From Clostridia bacterium (GTDB lineage Bacteria; Bacillota; Clostridia; Christensenellales; CAG-138), in NCBI GenBank assembly GCA_035399665.1, contig DAOPJM010000003.1, positions 16,074 through 80,073 on the forward strand: DNA of 64,000 nucleotides, in the 5' to 3' direction. Positions 45,937 to 54,706 of the stretch are shown piece after piece. A program made the position numbers and the translations under genes. The notes below the pieces were generated by a model, which worked only from the letters and a program-made list of their open reading frames with translations, was not told where the DNA came from and did not search any database. Every line of letters starts with the position of its first letter. Within the stretch, counting starts at the first letter, position 1.

Positions 45937-47994
45937 TTACAGACCCATCTCGGCTTCCCAAGCGGCAAGCTGCTGCTCGAACATTTCCTGACTCATAGCG
46001 GTCTCGTAGACCTTCTGACCCTTATAGCGGCTTGTTGCCTGGCCGCAGGAGCAGTACTGACCCTCGAACGGATTCAGCTTGGTGACTTCATAGTCGCCGC
46101 CGGTTACGCCGTAGGGGATGAGCATTGCATGCTCAATGTAGTACGCTTCGGCGTTCGCGAATGCGGTGTACCTTGCGTCAATGTCGCTCGTGATGGCCTT
46201 CGCCTCGTCAACGAGTCTCCAGTACTCGGCAACGATAGCCATGGTCTCCTCGGTCTTGGTGGTCTTATCGAATCTGGCGGTGGTGTCATAAGCAAAGTTG
46301 TAGCTGTTTCCGTCAACGAAGGGATCGGTCCAGGTCTCGGGATCGGCGTAGTCGGCGCCCCAGTTGCACTTCAGCAAGGCGTACTTGCCTACTCTGCGGA
46401 CGGAGCCCAAGAAGCCGGAGGACGGACCCTGTACAACGATGATGTCGATGAAGTCGGAACCGAGCAGGTTCTCAAGCTGCTGCTCGATAACCATGCACTC
46501 GTCACCCCAAGAAGCCATGCCTGAGTTGTAGGGCAGGGGGATCTTGATGGGGAACGTGCAGCCCGCGGGCTCAAGCTCTGCCTTTGCGGTTGCCGCATAC
46601 TCAAGAGCAAGCGCTTCGTCGAAGCTGTCGGTGTCGGCGATTGCTGCCAAATTGCCGTAGGTGGTGTAGTCCTTATCGCCGTTGACCGCGAAGGTCTTAG
46701 GGGTAATGGTGTTCTGGATCAGCTCCTCGGCGTTGTCGGGGTAGATGATGCTCATTGCGCGAACTCTGTCAAGGCCGTGGAAGATGGCCTTACGGAAGTT
46801 TTCGTTGTTGACCGCGATTGACCAGTTGGCGGGTTCATACTCTTCGTCGAACATCGGCTCGAAGTTGAAGCAGAAGTAATAGCTGTAGTCAATCTCAACA
46901 CGGGTTGCCGCTACCTGCTCTGCAAGGGTGGGATCAGCCTGCCATTCAGCCAACAGATCGGAGTTGATGGAGCAGTAGTCAATCTCGCCGCGCAGATACA
47001 TTTCGGGAGCCAAGATGGAAGCTTCGCCGTTGTAGGTCTGGGTAATCTTCTCAATGAAAACATTGTCCTTATCCCAGTAGCTTGCGTTCTTGGTGTAGAT
47101 GCGATGCTCTTGCGGAGCGAAATCGCTCATGATGTATGCGCCGCAGAACCACATCTTGGTGTTGTCGGTTGCGAAGTCTACGCCGTACTCTGCGAGCAGC
47201 TCAGCGGGTGCGGGCCAATACGGTCCGAACTGAAGCGCTGTTACAAAGTAGGAACGCTCTACGCAGAGATGATACTCCAGGGTGTAGTCGTCAACCGCTA
47301 CGATACCGATGTCCTCGGGCTTGACTTCGGGAACTATTTCTCCGCCCTCTTCGGTGAGATAGTTGCCGTCGGCGTCCTTGACACCGTTCATGACGGCTTC
47401 GGTATACTCGTTGTACTCGGTGGCATTGACAACCCAGTCGCATACCAGGTAGTTGTTGGAGCAGTCGTTGACATAGTCGCAGACATAGACAAGAGCGGCT
47501 ACGAAGTCGTTGGCGGTCAGCTCACGCTGCTCTGCGCCATCCTTGTCAACCCACATAACGCCCTTGCGCAGGTGGAAGGTCCAAGTAAGACCATCGTCGC
47601 TGACTTCCCATGTCTCGGCAATACCCGGCTGAATGCGGCCGTACTGGTCAGGCTCGACGAGCCAGTCAATGGTGTTAGCGCCAACCACCAAGTCGTTGGT
47701 GGTACCGGTGGACAGATAGTTCATCGTGGACACTTCGCCGGAATACAGTGTGCGGTATTCCTGTACCTCTGCAACCTTACGACCATCGGGGCCGTATTCG
47801 TCGGTATCCACAGGCTCCTCGGTTACGGCGCCAGGATCCGTTACGGTACCTGGATCCGTCACGGTACCGGGATCCGTTACGGTGCCCGGATCCGTTACGG
47901 TACCGGGATCTTCCGTTTCAGTCTTGCCGCAGGCGGCGACGATGCCGACGAGCAAAACAAGGCTGAGGAGCAAAGCTATAATCTTCTTTGTCAT
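45937..47994 (-). CDS. oppA: peptide ABC substrate-binding lipoprotein (SBP family 5)
   Basis: 685 aa. The lipobox reads GIVAAC. A repeat linker is followed by an SBP_bac_5-like body. Confidence 0.85.
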   Translation of the reverse strand: MTKKIIALLLSLVLLVGIVAACGKTETEDPGTVTDPGTVTDPGTVTDPGTVTDPGAVTEEPVDTDEYGPDGRKVAEVQEYRTLYSGEVSTMNYLSTGTTNDLVVGANTIDWLVEPDQYGRIQPGIAETWEVSDDGLTWTFHLRKGVMWVDKDGAEQRELTANDFVAALVYVCDYVNDCSNNYLVCDWVVNATEYNEYTEAVMNGVKDADGNYLTEEGGEIVPEVKPEDIGIVAVDDYTLEYHLCVERSYFVTALQFGPYWPAPAELLAEYGVDFATDNTKMWFCGAYIMSDFAPQEHRIYTKNASYWDKDNVFIEKITQTYNGEASILAPEMYLRGEIDYCSINSDLLAEWQADPTLAEQVAATRVEIDYSYYFCFNFEPMFDEEYEPANWSIAVNNENFRKAIFHGLDRVRAMSIIYPDNAEELIQNTITPKTFAVNGDKDYTTYGNLAAIADTDSFDEALALEYAATAKAELEPAGCTFPIKIPLPYNSGMASWGDECMVIEQQLENLLGSDFIDIIVVQGPSSGFLGSVRRVGKYALLKCNWGADYADPETWTDPFVDGNSYNFAYDTTARFDKTTKTEETMAIVAEYWRLVDEAKAITSDIDARYTAFANAEAYYIEHAMLIPYGVTGGDYEVTKLNPFEGQYCSCGQATSRYKGQKVYETAMSQEMFEQQLAAWEAEMGL
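47821..47910 (-). repeat. in-frame 18-nt tandem repeat x5 in the OppA linker
   Basis: It encodes DPGTVT x4 plus DPGAVT immediately after the lipobox. Confidence 0.9.
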
Positions 47995-48042
47995 GTTCCT
48001 TCTCCTTTGGTGATTTGGCGGCAGTCTATCGCCGTCTTTTAT

Positions 48043-48071
48043 ATATTAACATAATGTAAAGCGATAGTCAA
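48043..48071 (-). promoter_or_regulatory. oppA promoter
   Basis: Minus strand reads TTGACT (48066-48071), a 17-nt spacer, then TAATAT (48043-48048). Confidence 0.55.
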
Positions 48072-48079
48072 CTTTATTC

Positions 48080-48108
48080 TTGAATTTCTTTACACGATGT
48101 TATATTAT
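48080..48108 (+). promoter_or_regulatory. promoter of the M55 peptidase gene
   Basis: TTGAAT (48080-48085), a 17-nt spacer, then TATTAT (48103-48108). Confidence 0.5.
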
Positions 48109-48172
48109 AGTCTTGCAAGCCATACAATGTAGCTTGCAGGCTCCGTTTTCTTTGGAGCGGAAAGGACGTAAA

Positions 48173-48976
48173 ATGAAGGTTTTTATCAGTGCCGACATGG
48201 AAGGCATAACCACAACAACACTGTGGGATCACTGCGAAACCCTTGAAAAGCCCGCGTTGTCAAGCTACCACGCTCAGCAAATGACCAACGAGGTCAAGGC
48301 TGCCTGCGAGGGCGCCATCGCCGCGGGTGCGGACTATATCCTTGTCAAGGACGCGCATGATTCCGGCACCAACATAGACATAGCACAGCTGCCCGAATGC
48401 GTAGAGGTCATCAGAAACTGGTCGGGTCACCCGTACAGCATGGTCACGGGCATCAACCCCGAGTTTGACGCCTGCCTGTTCATCGGCTATCACTCCGCCG
48501 CCGGCAGAGACGGCAACCCCCTCTCCCACACCATGTCGGGCGCGCCGCTTTGGGTCAAAATCAACGGCAGAAAGGTCTCCGAGTTCATGCTTTACAGCTG
48601 GGCGGCGGCCTTTGAGAAGGTACCCACCGTGTTCCTTGCGGGCGATCGTATGCTCTGCGATGACTACCGAGACTTGCACCCCATGCTCCGTACCGTCGCG
48701 GTCAAGGACGGCTTCGGCGGTATGATCAAGGCGATGCACCCCAAGGTGGCCTGCGACCGCATTCGAACAGAAGTAGAAGCCGCATTACGGCAGGATCTGT
48801 CCCATGCGCTCTGCACCCTGCCCACCGACTTTGAGGTTGAGATTTGCTACAAGGAGCATAAGCTTGCGACGCGCAGGAGCTTCTTCCCCGGCTACTCCAA
48901 GGAGGACGACAACACCATCCATATGCACACCGACAGCCTGTATGATGTGTTGAACTCCATTAACTTCCTTATTTAA
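48173..48976 (+). CDS. dppA: M55-family D-aminopeptidase (DppA-like)
   Basis: MKVFISADMEGITTTT is the characteristic M55 N-terminus. ATG 48173 follows an AAAGGA RBS. Confidence 0.85.
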   Translation: MKVFISADMEGITTTTLWDHCETLEKPALSSYHAQQMTNEVKAACEGAIAAGADYILVKDAHDSGTNIDIAQLPECVEVIRNWSGHPYSMVTGINPEFDACLFIGYHSAAGRDGNPLSHTMSGAPLWVKINGRKVSEFMLYSWAAAFEKVPTVFLAGDRMLCDDYRDLHPMLRTVAVKDGFGGMIKAMHPKVACDRIRTEVEAALRQDLSHALCTLPTDFEVEICYKEHKLATRRSFFPGYSKEDDNTIHMHTDSLYDVLNSINFLI

Positions 48977-48995
48977 TAGTAGCCTTGCGCGAAAT

Positions 48996-49031
48996 AAAGA
49001 CCGTTTGCTTTTACACAAGCGGTCTTTTTTT
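48996..49031 (+). terminator. intrinsic terminator
   Basis: A 12-bp stem AAAGACCGTTTG/CAAGCGGTCTTT is followed by T7. Confidence 0.75.
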
Positions 49032-49078
49032 ATTGCTTACGATTGTTTTTACCGTTGACGCATGGTAGAATACTGTCC

Positions 49079-50281
49079 ATGAACAAGAAGAAAAGAATTT
49101 CGACCATACTCTATATCTCAACCCTTGCCATGCTTTTGTTGGGCGCGGTGGGCGGCGGACTGTTCCCGTCGTTCTTTATGTCCATCAGCGTCATAGGCAC
49201 TCTATATGTGAACCTTCTAAAGCTCATCGTCATACCCTTGTTGATGTGCGAGGTCATGTACGGCGTAAGCGCGTCCGTGGGCAAAGCCGCGGGCATATCG
49301 CTAAAGGCAGTACTGCTGTTTGTCATCATGTTTACGCTGTGCTTTCTTATCACAACGCCCATCGTGCAGCTTATAAAGCCCGCCGCAGGCTTCGACTTTG
49401 GAAGCGATTTGCCCGAATGGAGCGGCGAGATACTCACTCCCACCGTGTCAAGCTTTCTTTTGCAGATCATACCCTCGAACATCTTCAAGGCGATGTCCGA
49501 CGGAAGTCTTTTGCCGTGCATACTCTTTTCAGCGGTCTTGGGCATTGCCATCGGAGGGACGAAGGCAGTACGCACCCGCGAGATATTGGGTGAGCTTCGC
49601 GGCGCGTTCTCCAAGTTTCTGGAATACATCATGTACCTTACTCCCTTGGCGGTGTTCTCACTCATAGGCTCCACCTCGGCAAGCTACGGCATAGAGGTGC
49701 TGAAAAGTTGCCTTGTCTACGTCCTCACCGCTTGGGGCTGCTGCCTTGTCTGTCTTGTGCTGGTCATGATACTGCCCGCTTGGATATTCGGCGGCGTGTC
49801 TCCAGTAAAGTACATATCCAAGGCGTGGCGCGTTTGGGTGGTGTCGCTCTCAACCTGTTCCTCCGCCGCGACCTTGCCCACCACGGTAAAGGTCTGCAAT
49901 GAGGATTTCGGCGTTTCGGGCAGGGTGACAAGCCTTGTCGTGCCTCTCGGCTGCACCATACATATGTGCGGAGGCGCTGTGAGCTTCTGTCTGCTCGCGT
50001 TGTTCTCCATGCAGCTCTGCGGCATAAGCCTTACCCTCGGCGGCTTCTTGCTCATGCTCGCTTTGGCGCTTTTAATCAACATGGCGGCCCCCGGCATACC
50101 CGGCGGCGGTATAGCCTTGGGCGCAAGCTATCTTGCCATGCTCGGCATACCGATAGTCTTTATCGGCGTATACAGCGGCGTTTATCGTCTGCTTGACATG
50201 GCGTACACCACTATGAACGTAACGGGCGATATTACCGCAAACATCATAATCAACCGCTGCTCAAAGGAGAAAGCGGAATGA
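49079..50281 (+). CDS. dicarboxylate/amino acid:cation symporter (DAACS/SDF family)
   Basis: The polytopic protein contains LKLIVIPLLMCEV and VPLGCTIHMCGGAV hairpin-like motifs. The start is uncertain: ATG 49079 has no SD and lies 7 nt after TGGTAGAAT. Confidence 0.8.
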   Translation: MNKKKRISTILYISTLAMLLLGAVGGGLFPSFFMSISVIGTLYVNLLKLIVIPLLMCEVMYGVSASVGKAAGISLKAVLLFVIMFTLCFLITTPIVQLIKPAAGFDFGSDLPEWSGEILTPTVSSFLLQIIPSNIFKAMSDGSLLPCILFSAVLGIAIGGTKAVRTREILGELRGAFSKFLEYIMYLTPLAVFSLIGSTSASYGIEVLKSCLVYVLTAWGCCLVCLVLVMILPAWIFGGVSPVKYISKAWRVWVVSLSTCSSAATLPTTVKVCNEDFGVSGRVTSLVVPLGCTIHMCGGAVSFCLLALFSMQLCGISLTLGGFLLMLALALLINMAAPGIPGGGIALGASYLAMLGIPIVFIGVYSGVYRLLDMAYTTMNVTGDITANIIINRCSKEKAE

Positions 50282-52314
50282 CAAAGATATTGGCCCCCGT
50301 CGGAGGAAAGGAGCAGCTGCTTGCCGCCGTTCGCTGCGGAGCGGACGCGGTATACTTGGGTGCGAAGGGCTTCAACGCGAGACGCAACGCGCAGAACTTT
50401 GACGAACTTTCTCTTTCAGAAGCCGTGGGCTGCTGCCATGAGCACGGCGTTTTGGTATATGTCACTCTGAATACCCTTATAATGGATTCGGAGCTTGATG
50501 ACCTCAAAGCCGAGATTGACAACGTATTGAACAGCGGGGCGGACGCCGTTATTGTGCAGGACTTGGCGGTCGCGAAGCTGGTGCATGAACGCTGTCCCGA
50601 TATTGAGCTTCACGCCTCAACACAGACCGCCGTACACAATCTTGGGGGCGTGCTTGCGGTGCAAAGGCTTGGCTTTTCGCAGGTGGTGCTGGCAAGGGAG
50701 CTTTCGCTTTCTGAGATACGGAGCATAAGACAATCCACCGATATGAAGCTTGAGGTCTTTGTTCACGGAGCGCATTGTATGTGCGTGTCGGGAGCCTGTT
50801 ACCTGTCCTCCGTTATCGGGCAAAGGAGCGGCAACCGCGGGCTTTGCGCACAGCCATGCAGGACGGATATGCGCCTAAACGGGCGACATTATGCCCTATC
50901 GCTGAAGGATATGTGTCTTGTGCCGCACATCAAGGAGCTTGAGGCCGCGGGCGTTTCCGCACTAAAGATTGAGGGGCGCATGAAGCGGCCTGAATATGTC
51001 GCCGCCGCCGTGACAGCCTGCAAACAGGCACTTTTGGGGCAAAAGCCCGACCTTGATACGCTCAAGGCGGTATTCTCAAGGAGCGGCTTCACAGACGGAT
51101 ATTACACGGGTAAGCGCACATATGATATGTTCGGCAGCAGAACCCTTGAGGACGCGGCGGCGGCAAACTCAGTATTGGGCAAGCTTGCAGCGCTGTACGA
51201 GCACGAGACTTCAAACGTGCCTGTGAATATGCGGCTCACTGTCAAAGCGGGCAGTCCGTCTAAGCTCGACCTTGACTGCGGCGGCGATACCGTTACGGTA
51301 TACGGAGCCGAGCCGCAGGCCGCGAAGAGCGTCGCTCTTGACCTTGATTTTGCAAAGCGCGGCCTTTCACAGATGGGCGGTACGGCCTATTACCTTGACA
51401 GCCTCGACGGCGACATAGACGAAGGGCTTTCGCTTTCGGTCTCCTCATTGAAGCAGCTTAGGCGGGACGCGCTTGTAAAGCTTAGCGAGCTTAGAAGAAG
51501 CTCCGTAACGCGCAGGCTTTCCCCCATTCATACAGAGCTTCCCGCAAAACACATCACAAGCGAAAGACCGACTTTGCGACTGCGCTTTTCAAGTGCGCGG
51601 CAGGCGTTTGACGATGATGCCGCGGAGAAAATCATACTCCCATTTGGTGAGGTCATTGACTGCCCTGAACTGATTTCCCGCTTCGGGGATAAGCTCATAG
51701 GCGAGCTTCCCGCGCTCTGCTTCCCCATCGACGCCGATGAGCTTCATAAGGGCTTGGCGCGGGCGTTTGAACTCGGTCTTAGGGAAGTCCTTGTCAACAA
51801 TATAGGCTTCATCGAACCCGCAAGGAGCTTGGGTTACACGGTTCATGGGGACTACGGCATGAACATCACGAACGGTATCGCAATGCAGCAGTATGATGAT
51901 ATGGGGCTTTGTGACGCCGTCGTTTCCTTCGAGCTGCCTTCCGCCAAAATCGCCGCGCTGGGCGGCAGGCTCAAACGCGGCGTGATAGGGTATGGATATC
52001 TTCCTCTTATGGTGATGCGCGCCTGTCCCGCAAGGGGCGAGCGTGGCTGCGGCGGCTGCGAAGGCATAAACCGCATAATCGACGCCAAGAACGAGAGCTT
52101 CACCCTTCTATGTCATGAGCGCAAATACTGCGAGCTTCTAAACGGCGTACCGCTGTATATCGCGGACAAGGGCGTTGACAATGTTGATTTTATGGTACTC
52201 CGCTTCAGCACGGAGAGCCGAGAGCAGGCGAAAGCCATATTAGGTATGTTCCGTGACAGGGTCGTACCCGATTTCAGGCGCACGGGCGGACTTTATTACA
52301 GGAAACTACTTTAG
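50278..52314 (+). CDS. U32-family peptidase-like protein (long form)
   Basis: ILAPVGGKEQLLAAVRCGADAVYLG, HASTQ and EGRMKRPEYV are present. It overlaps the symporter gene by 4 nt. Confidence 0.85.
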   Translation: MTKILAPVGGKEQLLAAVRCGADAVYLGAKGFNARRNAQNFDELSLSEAVGCCHEHGVLVYVTLNTLIMDSELDDLKAEIDNVLNSGADAVIVQDLAVAKLVHERCPDIELHASTQTAVHNLGGVLAVQRLGFSQVVLARELSLSEIRSIRQSTDMKLEVFVHGAHCMCVSGACYLSSVIGQRSGNRGLCAQPCRTDMRLNGRHYALSLKDMCLVPHIKELEAAGVSALKIEGRMKRPEYVAAAVTACKQALLGQKPDLDTLKAVFSRSGFTDGYYTGKRTYDMFGSRTLEDAAAANSVLGKLAALYEHETSNVPVNMRLTVKAGSPSKLDLDCGGDTVTVYGAEPQAAKSVALDLDFAKRGLSQMGGTAYYLDSLDGDIDEGLSLSVSSLKQLRRDALVKLSELRRSSVTRRLSPIHTELPAKHITSERPTLRLRFSSARQAFDDDAAEKIILPFGEVIDCPELISRFGDKLIGELPALCFPIDADELHKGLARAFELGLREVLVNNIGFIEPARSLGYTVHGDYGMNITNGIAMQQYDDMGLCDAVVSFELPSAKIAALGGRLKRGVIGYGYLPLMVMRACPARGERGCGGCEGINRIIDAKNESFTLLCHERKYCELLNGVPLYIADKGVDNVDFMVLRFSTESREQAKAILGMFRDRVVPDFRRTGGLYYRKLL

Positions 52315-53319
52315 TACTTCATTAAGAGAACGAACAACCCTGCCGTCCCTGCCCGTCACGGTCTCGGCGTGCAGCAGCGAACTTATTACCGCCTCCTCCA
52401 CAGCCTCGACTACGGCTCTGAAGGGGGCGTTTATGTAATCATCGGAGAAGCGCAGGGCTGAATCCACCGCGGCTTTGGGGTAATGCTCCACGCGGTTCAC
52501 GGTGGAGAACGCAAGAGCTATGTCCCCGCTTCCGTTGCCATAGTATGAGCCTGTTCTGGCAAGCCCCGCCGGAACGCGCTTGCACAAGCGCTTCAGCTGC
52601 CTTGTATCCATCGGCAAGTCTGTCGCGATTATTGTTATCACCGAGCCTTTGTCCTCGTTTTGAATGTTGCTCTTGACGGGAGCGCCATCTATGCGCAATC
52701 TGTCCATGCTCCCAAAGTTAGTCAGCATCAGTACGCCCACGTTATAGCACACGCCGTCAATCTCCATGACCCTTGACGCGCTCCCGATTCCGCCCTTATA
52801 GCCAAAGCATATCATGCCTCTGCCCGCACCCACCGCGCCTTCATCGAAAACGGTGTCGGCTGCTTCAATAGCCCGCGTTACATGCTCCTCCTTTACAAAC
52901 AGCTCCCTTGTCATGTTCAGTCCGCTGTCGTTGCACTCCATAACCACGGGGTTCACGCTGCCCGTCGTCAAACATATGTCGGGGTTTTGCCGGAGCATAT
53001 AACGCACCAAGCCCGTCGAAGCCGTGCCTACGCTCAATACATTGGTCAGTATTATCGGCGTCTCAATAGTGCCAAGCTCGTCCACCTGAACGAGTCCGCC
53101 GCTCTTGCCAAAGCCGTTAATCACATAGCTTGCCGCCGTTACCTTGCTCCTGTAAATGTTGCCCGTATGCGGTAAAATGGCTGTAACCCCCGTCTGTGCT
53201 CCGCCCTCCTTCAGCGTGACCTGCCCCACCTTCACGCCTTCAACGTCACAGATGGTGTTTCTTGCGCCGCGCTTCATCGTACCTATATTGATATCATATT
53301 TAGTCAGGTCTATGCCCAT
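52306..53319 (-). CDS. P1/S58-family aminopeptidase (DmpA/BapA-like)
   Basis: NTICDVEGVKVGQVT...GVTAILP and a later GS|ASR-type self-cleavage region are present. ATG 53319 lies 6 nt after GGAGG. Confidence 0.8.
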   Translation of the reverse strand: MGIDLTKYDINIGTMKRGARNTICDVEGVKVGQVTLKEGGAQTGVTAILPHTGNIYRSKVTAASYVINGFGKSGGLVQVDELGTIETPIILTNVLSVGTASTGLVRYMLRQNPDICLTTGSVNPVVMECNDSGLNMTRELFVKEEHVTRAIEAADTVFDEGAVGAGRGMICFGYKGGIGSASRVMEIDGVCYNVGVLMLTNFGSMDRLRIDGAPVKSNIQNEDKGSVITIIATDLPMDTRQLKRLCKRVPAGLARTGSYYGNGSGDIALAFSTVNRVEHYPKAAVDSALRFSDDYINAPFRAVVEAVEEAVISSLLHAETVTGRDGRVVRSLNEVLK

Positions 53320-53367
53320 AATCATCCTCCGTCCATTGCTTGCTCCATTATATCATATAAATTCCAT

Positions 53368-53396
53368 TTGACAAATGCTTTGTGTAAATGTATAGT
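53368..53396 (+). promoter_or_regulatory. promoter of the decarboxylase-epimerase-XdhC operon
   Basis: TTGACA (53368-53373), a 17-nt spacer, then TATAGT (53391-53396). Confidence 0.6.
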
Positions 53397-53438
53397 CTTA
53401 TGTGTTCATCATGAAATCTATTGGGGGATGTTTACTAA

Positions 53439-54701
53439 ATGAAGAATACTTTCGTTACGGCGGAGCAGCTCGAAAGGATTACGGCCGAGTTTCCCACGCC
53501 TTTCCACCTCTACGACGAGCGCGGCATCAGGGAGAATGCCCGCAGGCTCTTAAAGGCCTTCTCTTGGAACAAAGGCTACCGTGAGTTCTTCGCGGTCAAG
53601 GCCACTCCCAACCCAACAATACTTCGTATACTGCGCGATGAAGGCTGCGGCGTGGACTGCTCCAGCCGCACTGAGCTTATGCTTGCGGACGCTGTGGGCT
53701 TTGGCGGCAATGAGATTATGTTCTCCTCCAATCAAACGCCCGACAACGAGTACATCCTTGCAAGGAAGCTCAACGCCACTATCAACTTGGATGACTACGG
53801 TCAGATTGACAGCCTTGAACACGCTGCGGGCATACCCGAAACCATCAGTATGCGCTTCAACCCGGGCGGCGACTTTGTCATCAACAACAGCATAATGGAT
53901 CGCCCCGGCGACTCGAAATTCGGCTGCACCGAGGAGCAGATTATATCCGGCTACAAGCGTCTGTATGCTTTGGGTGCGCGCAGGTTCGGTCTTCACGCGT
54001 TCTTGGCTTCCAACACTATAACCAACGAATACTATCCCGCCGTAGCTCGTACCCTCTTTGAGCTTGCCAATCACATTAAAAAGGAGACGGGAATTCATGT
54101 GAGCTTCGTCAACCTCTCAGGCGGCGTGGGAATACCCTATCGTCCTGAGCAGGAGCCTTGCAATATAGAAATCATCGCGGACGGCGTACACAAGGCCTAT
54201 GTTGAGTGCGGCATGGAGGACGTTTCCATCTGCACCGAGCTTGGCCGCTATATGCTTGGGCCTTACGGCTGTCTCATCACCCGCTGTATACACAAGAAGC
54301 AGACCTACAAGGACTATGTTGGCGTTGACGCCTGCGCCGCGAACCTTATGCGTCCCGCGATATACAAGGCTTACCATCATATAACCGTGATAGGCAAGGA
54401 GAACGCCGCACATGACCATCTGTATGACGTCGTGGGGAGTCTCTGCGAGAACAACGACAAGTTCTGTATCGACAGGTATTTACCTGAAATTGAGGTTGGC
54501 GACCTTCTGTGTATACACGACGCGGGTGCGCACGGCTTCTCTATGGGCTACAACTATAACGGCAAGCTGAGAAGCGCGGAGCTTCTCTTGTGCGAGGATG
54601 GCTCGGTAAGGCTGATACGCAGAGCCGAGGTGCCTGCCGACTATTTTGCAACCTTAGATATCTACCCCGAATTGTCGGAAAAACTTATGATAAGGGAGTA
54701 A
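53439..54701 (+). CDS. diaminopimelate-decarboxylase-like PLP (group IV) decarboxylase
   Basis: TPFHLYDE, FAVKATPNP (PLP lysine), CSSRTE and GAHGFSMGYNYNG are present. Confidence 0.75.
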   Translation: MKNTFVTAEQLERITAEFPTPFHLYDERGIRENARRLLKAFSWNKGYREFFAVKATPNPTILRILRDEGCGVDCSSRTELMLADAVGFGGNEIMFSSNQTPDNEYILARKLNATINLDDYGQIDSLEHAAGIPETISMRFNPGGDFVINNSIMDRPGDSKFGCTEEQIISGYKRLYALGARRFGLHAFLASNTITNEYYPAVARTLFELANHIKKETGIHVSFVNLSGGVGIPYRPEQEPCNIEIIADGVHKAYVECGMEDVSICTELGRYMLGPYGCLITRCIHKKQTYKDYVGVDACAANLMRPAIYKAYHHITVIGKENAAHDHLYDVVGSLCENNDKFCIDRYLPEIEVGDLLCIHDAGAHGFSMGYNYNGKLRSAELLLCEDGSVRLIRRAEVPADYFATLDIYPELSEKLMIRE

Positions 54702-54706
54702 CGAGC

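Noticed and set aside
53326-53438. A lysine riboswitch or T-box upstream of the DAP-decarboxylase-like gene. I also considered riboswitches upstream of the BMP and Opp operons.
   Set aside because: The leaders between the predicted -10 boxes and the RBS are only about 40-75 nt and contain at most one small hairpin. That is too short for L-box, T-box or purine aptamers.
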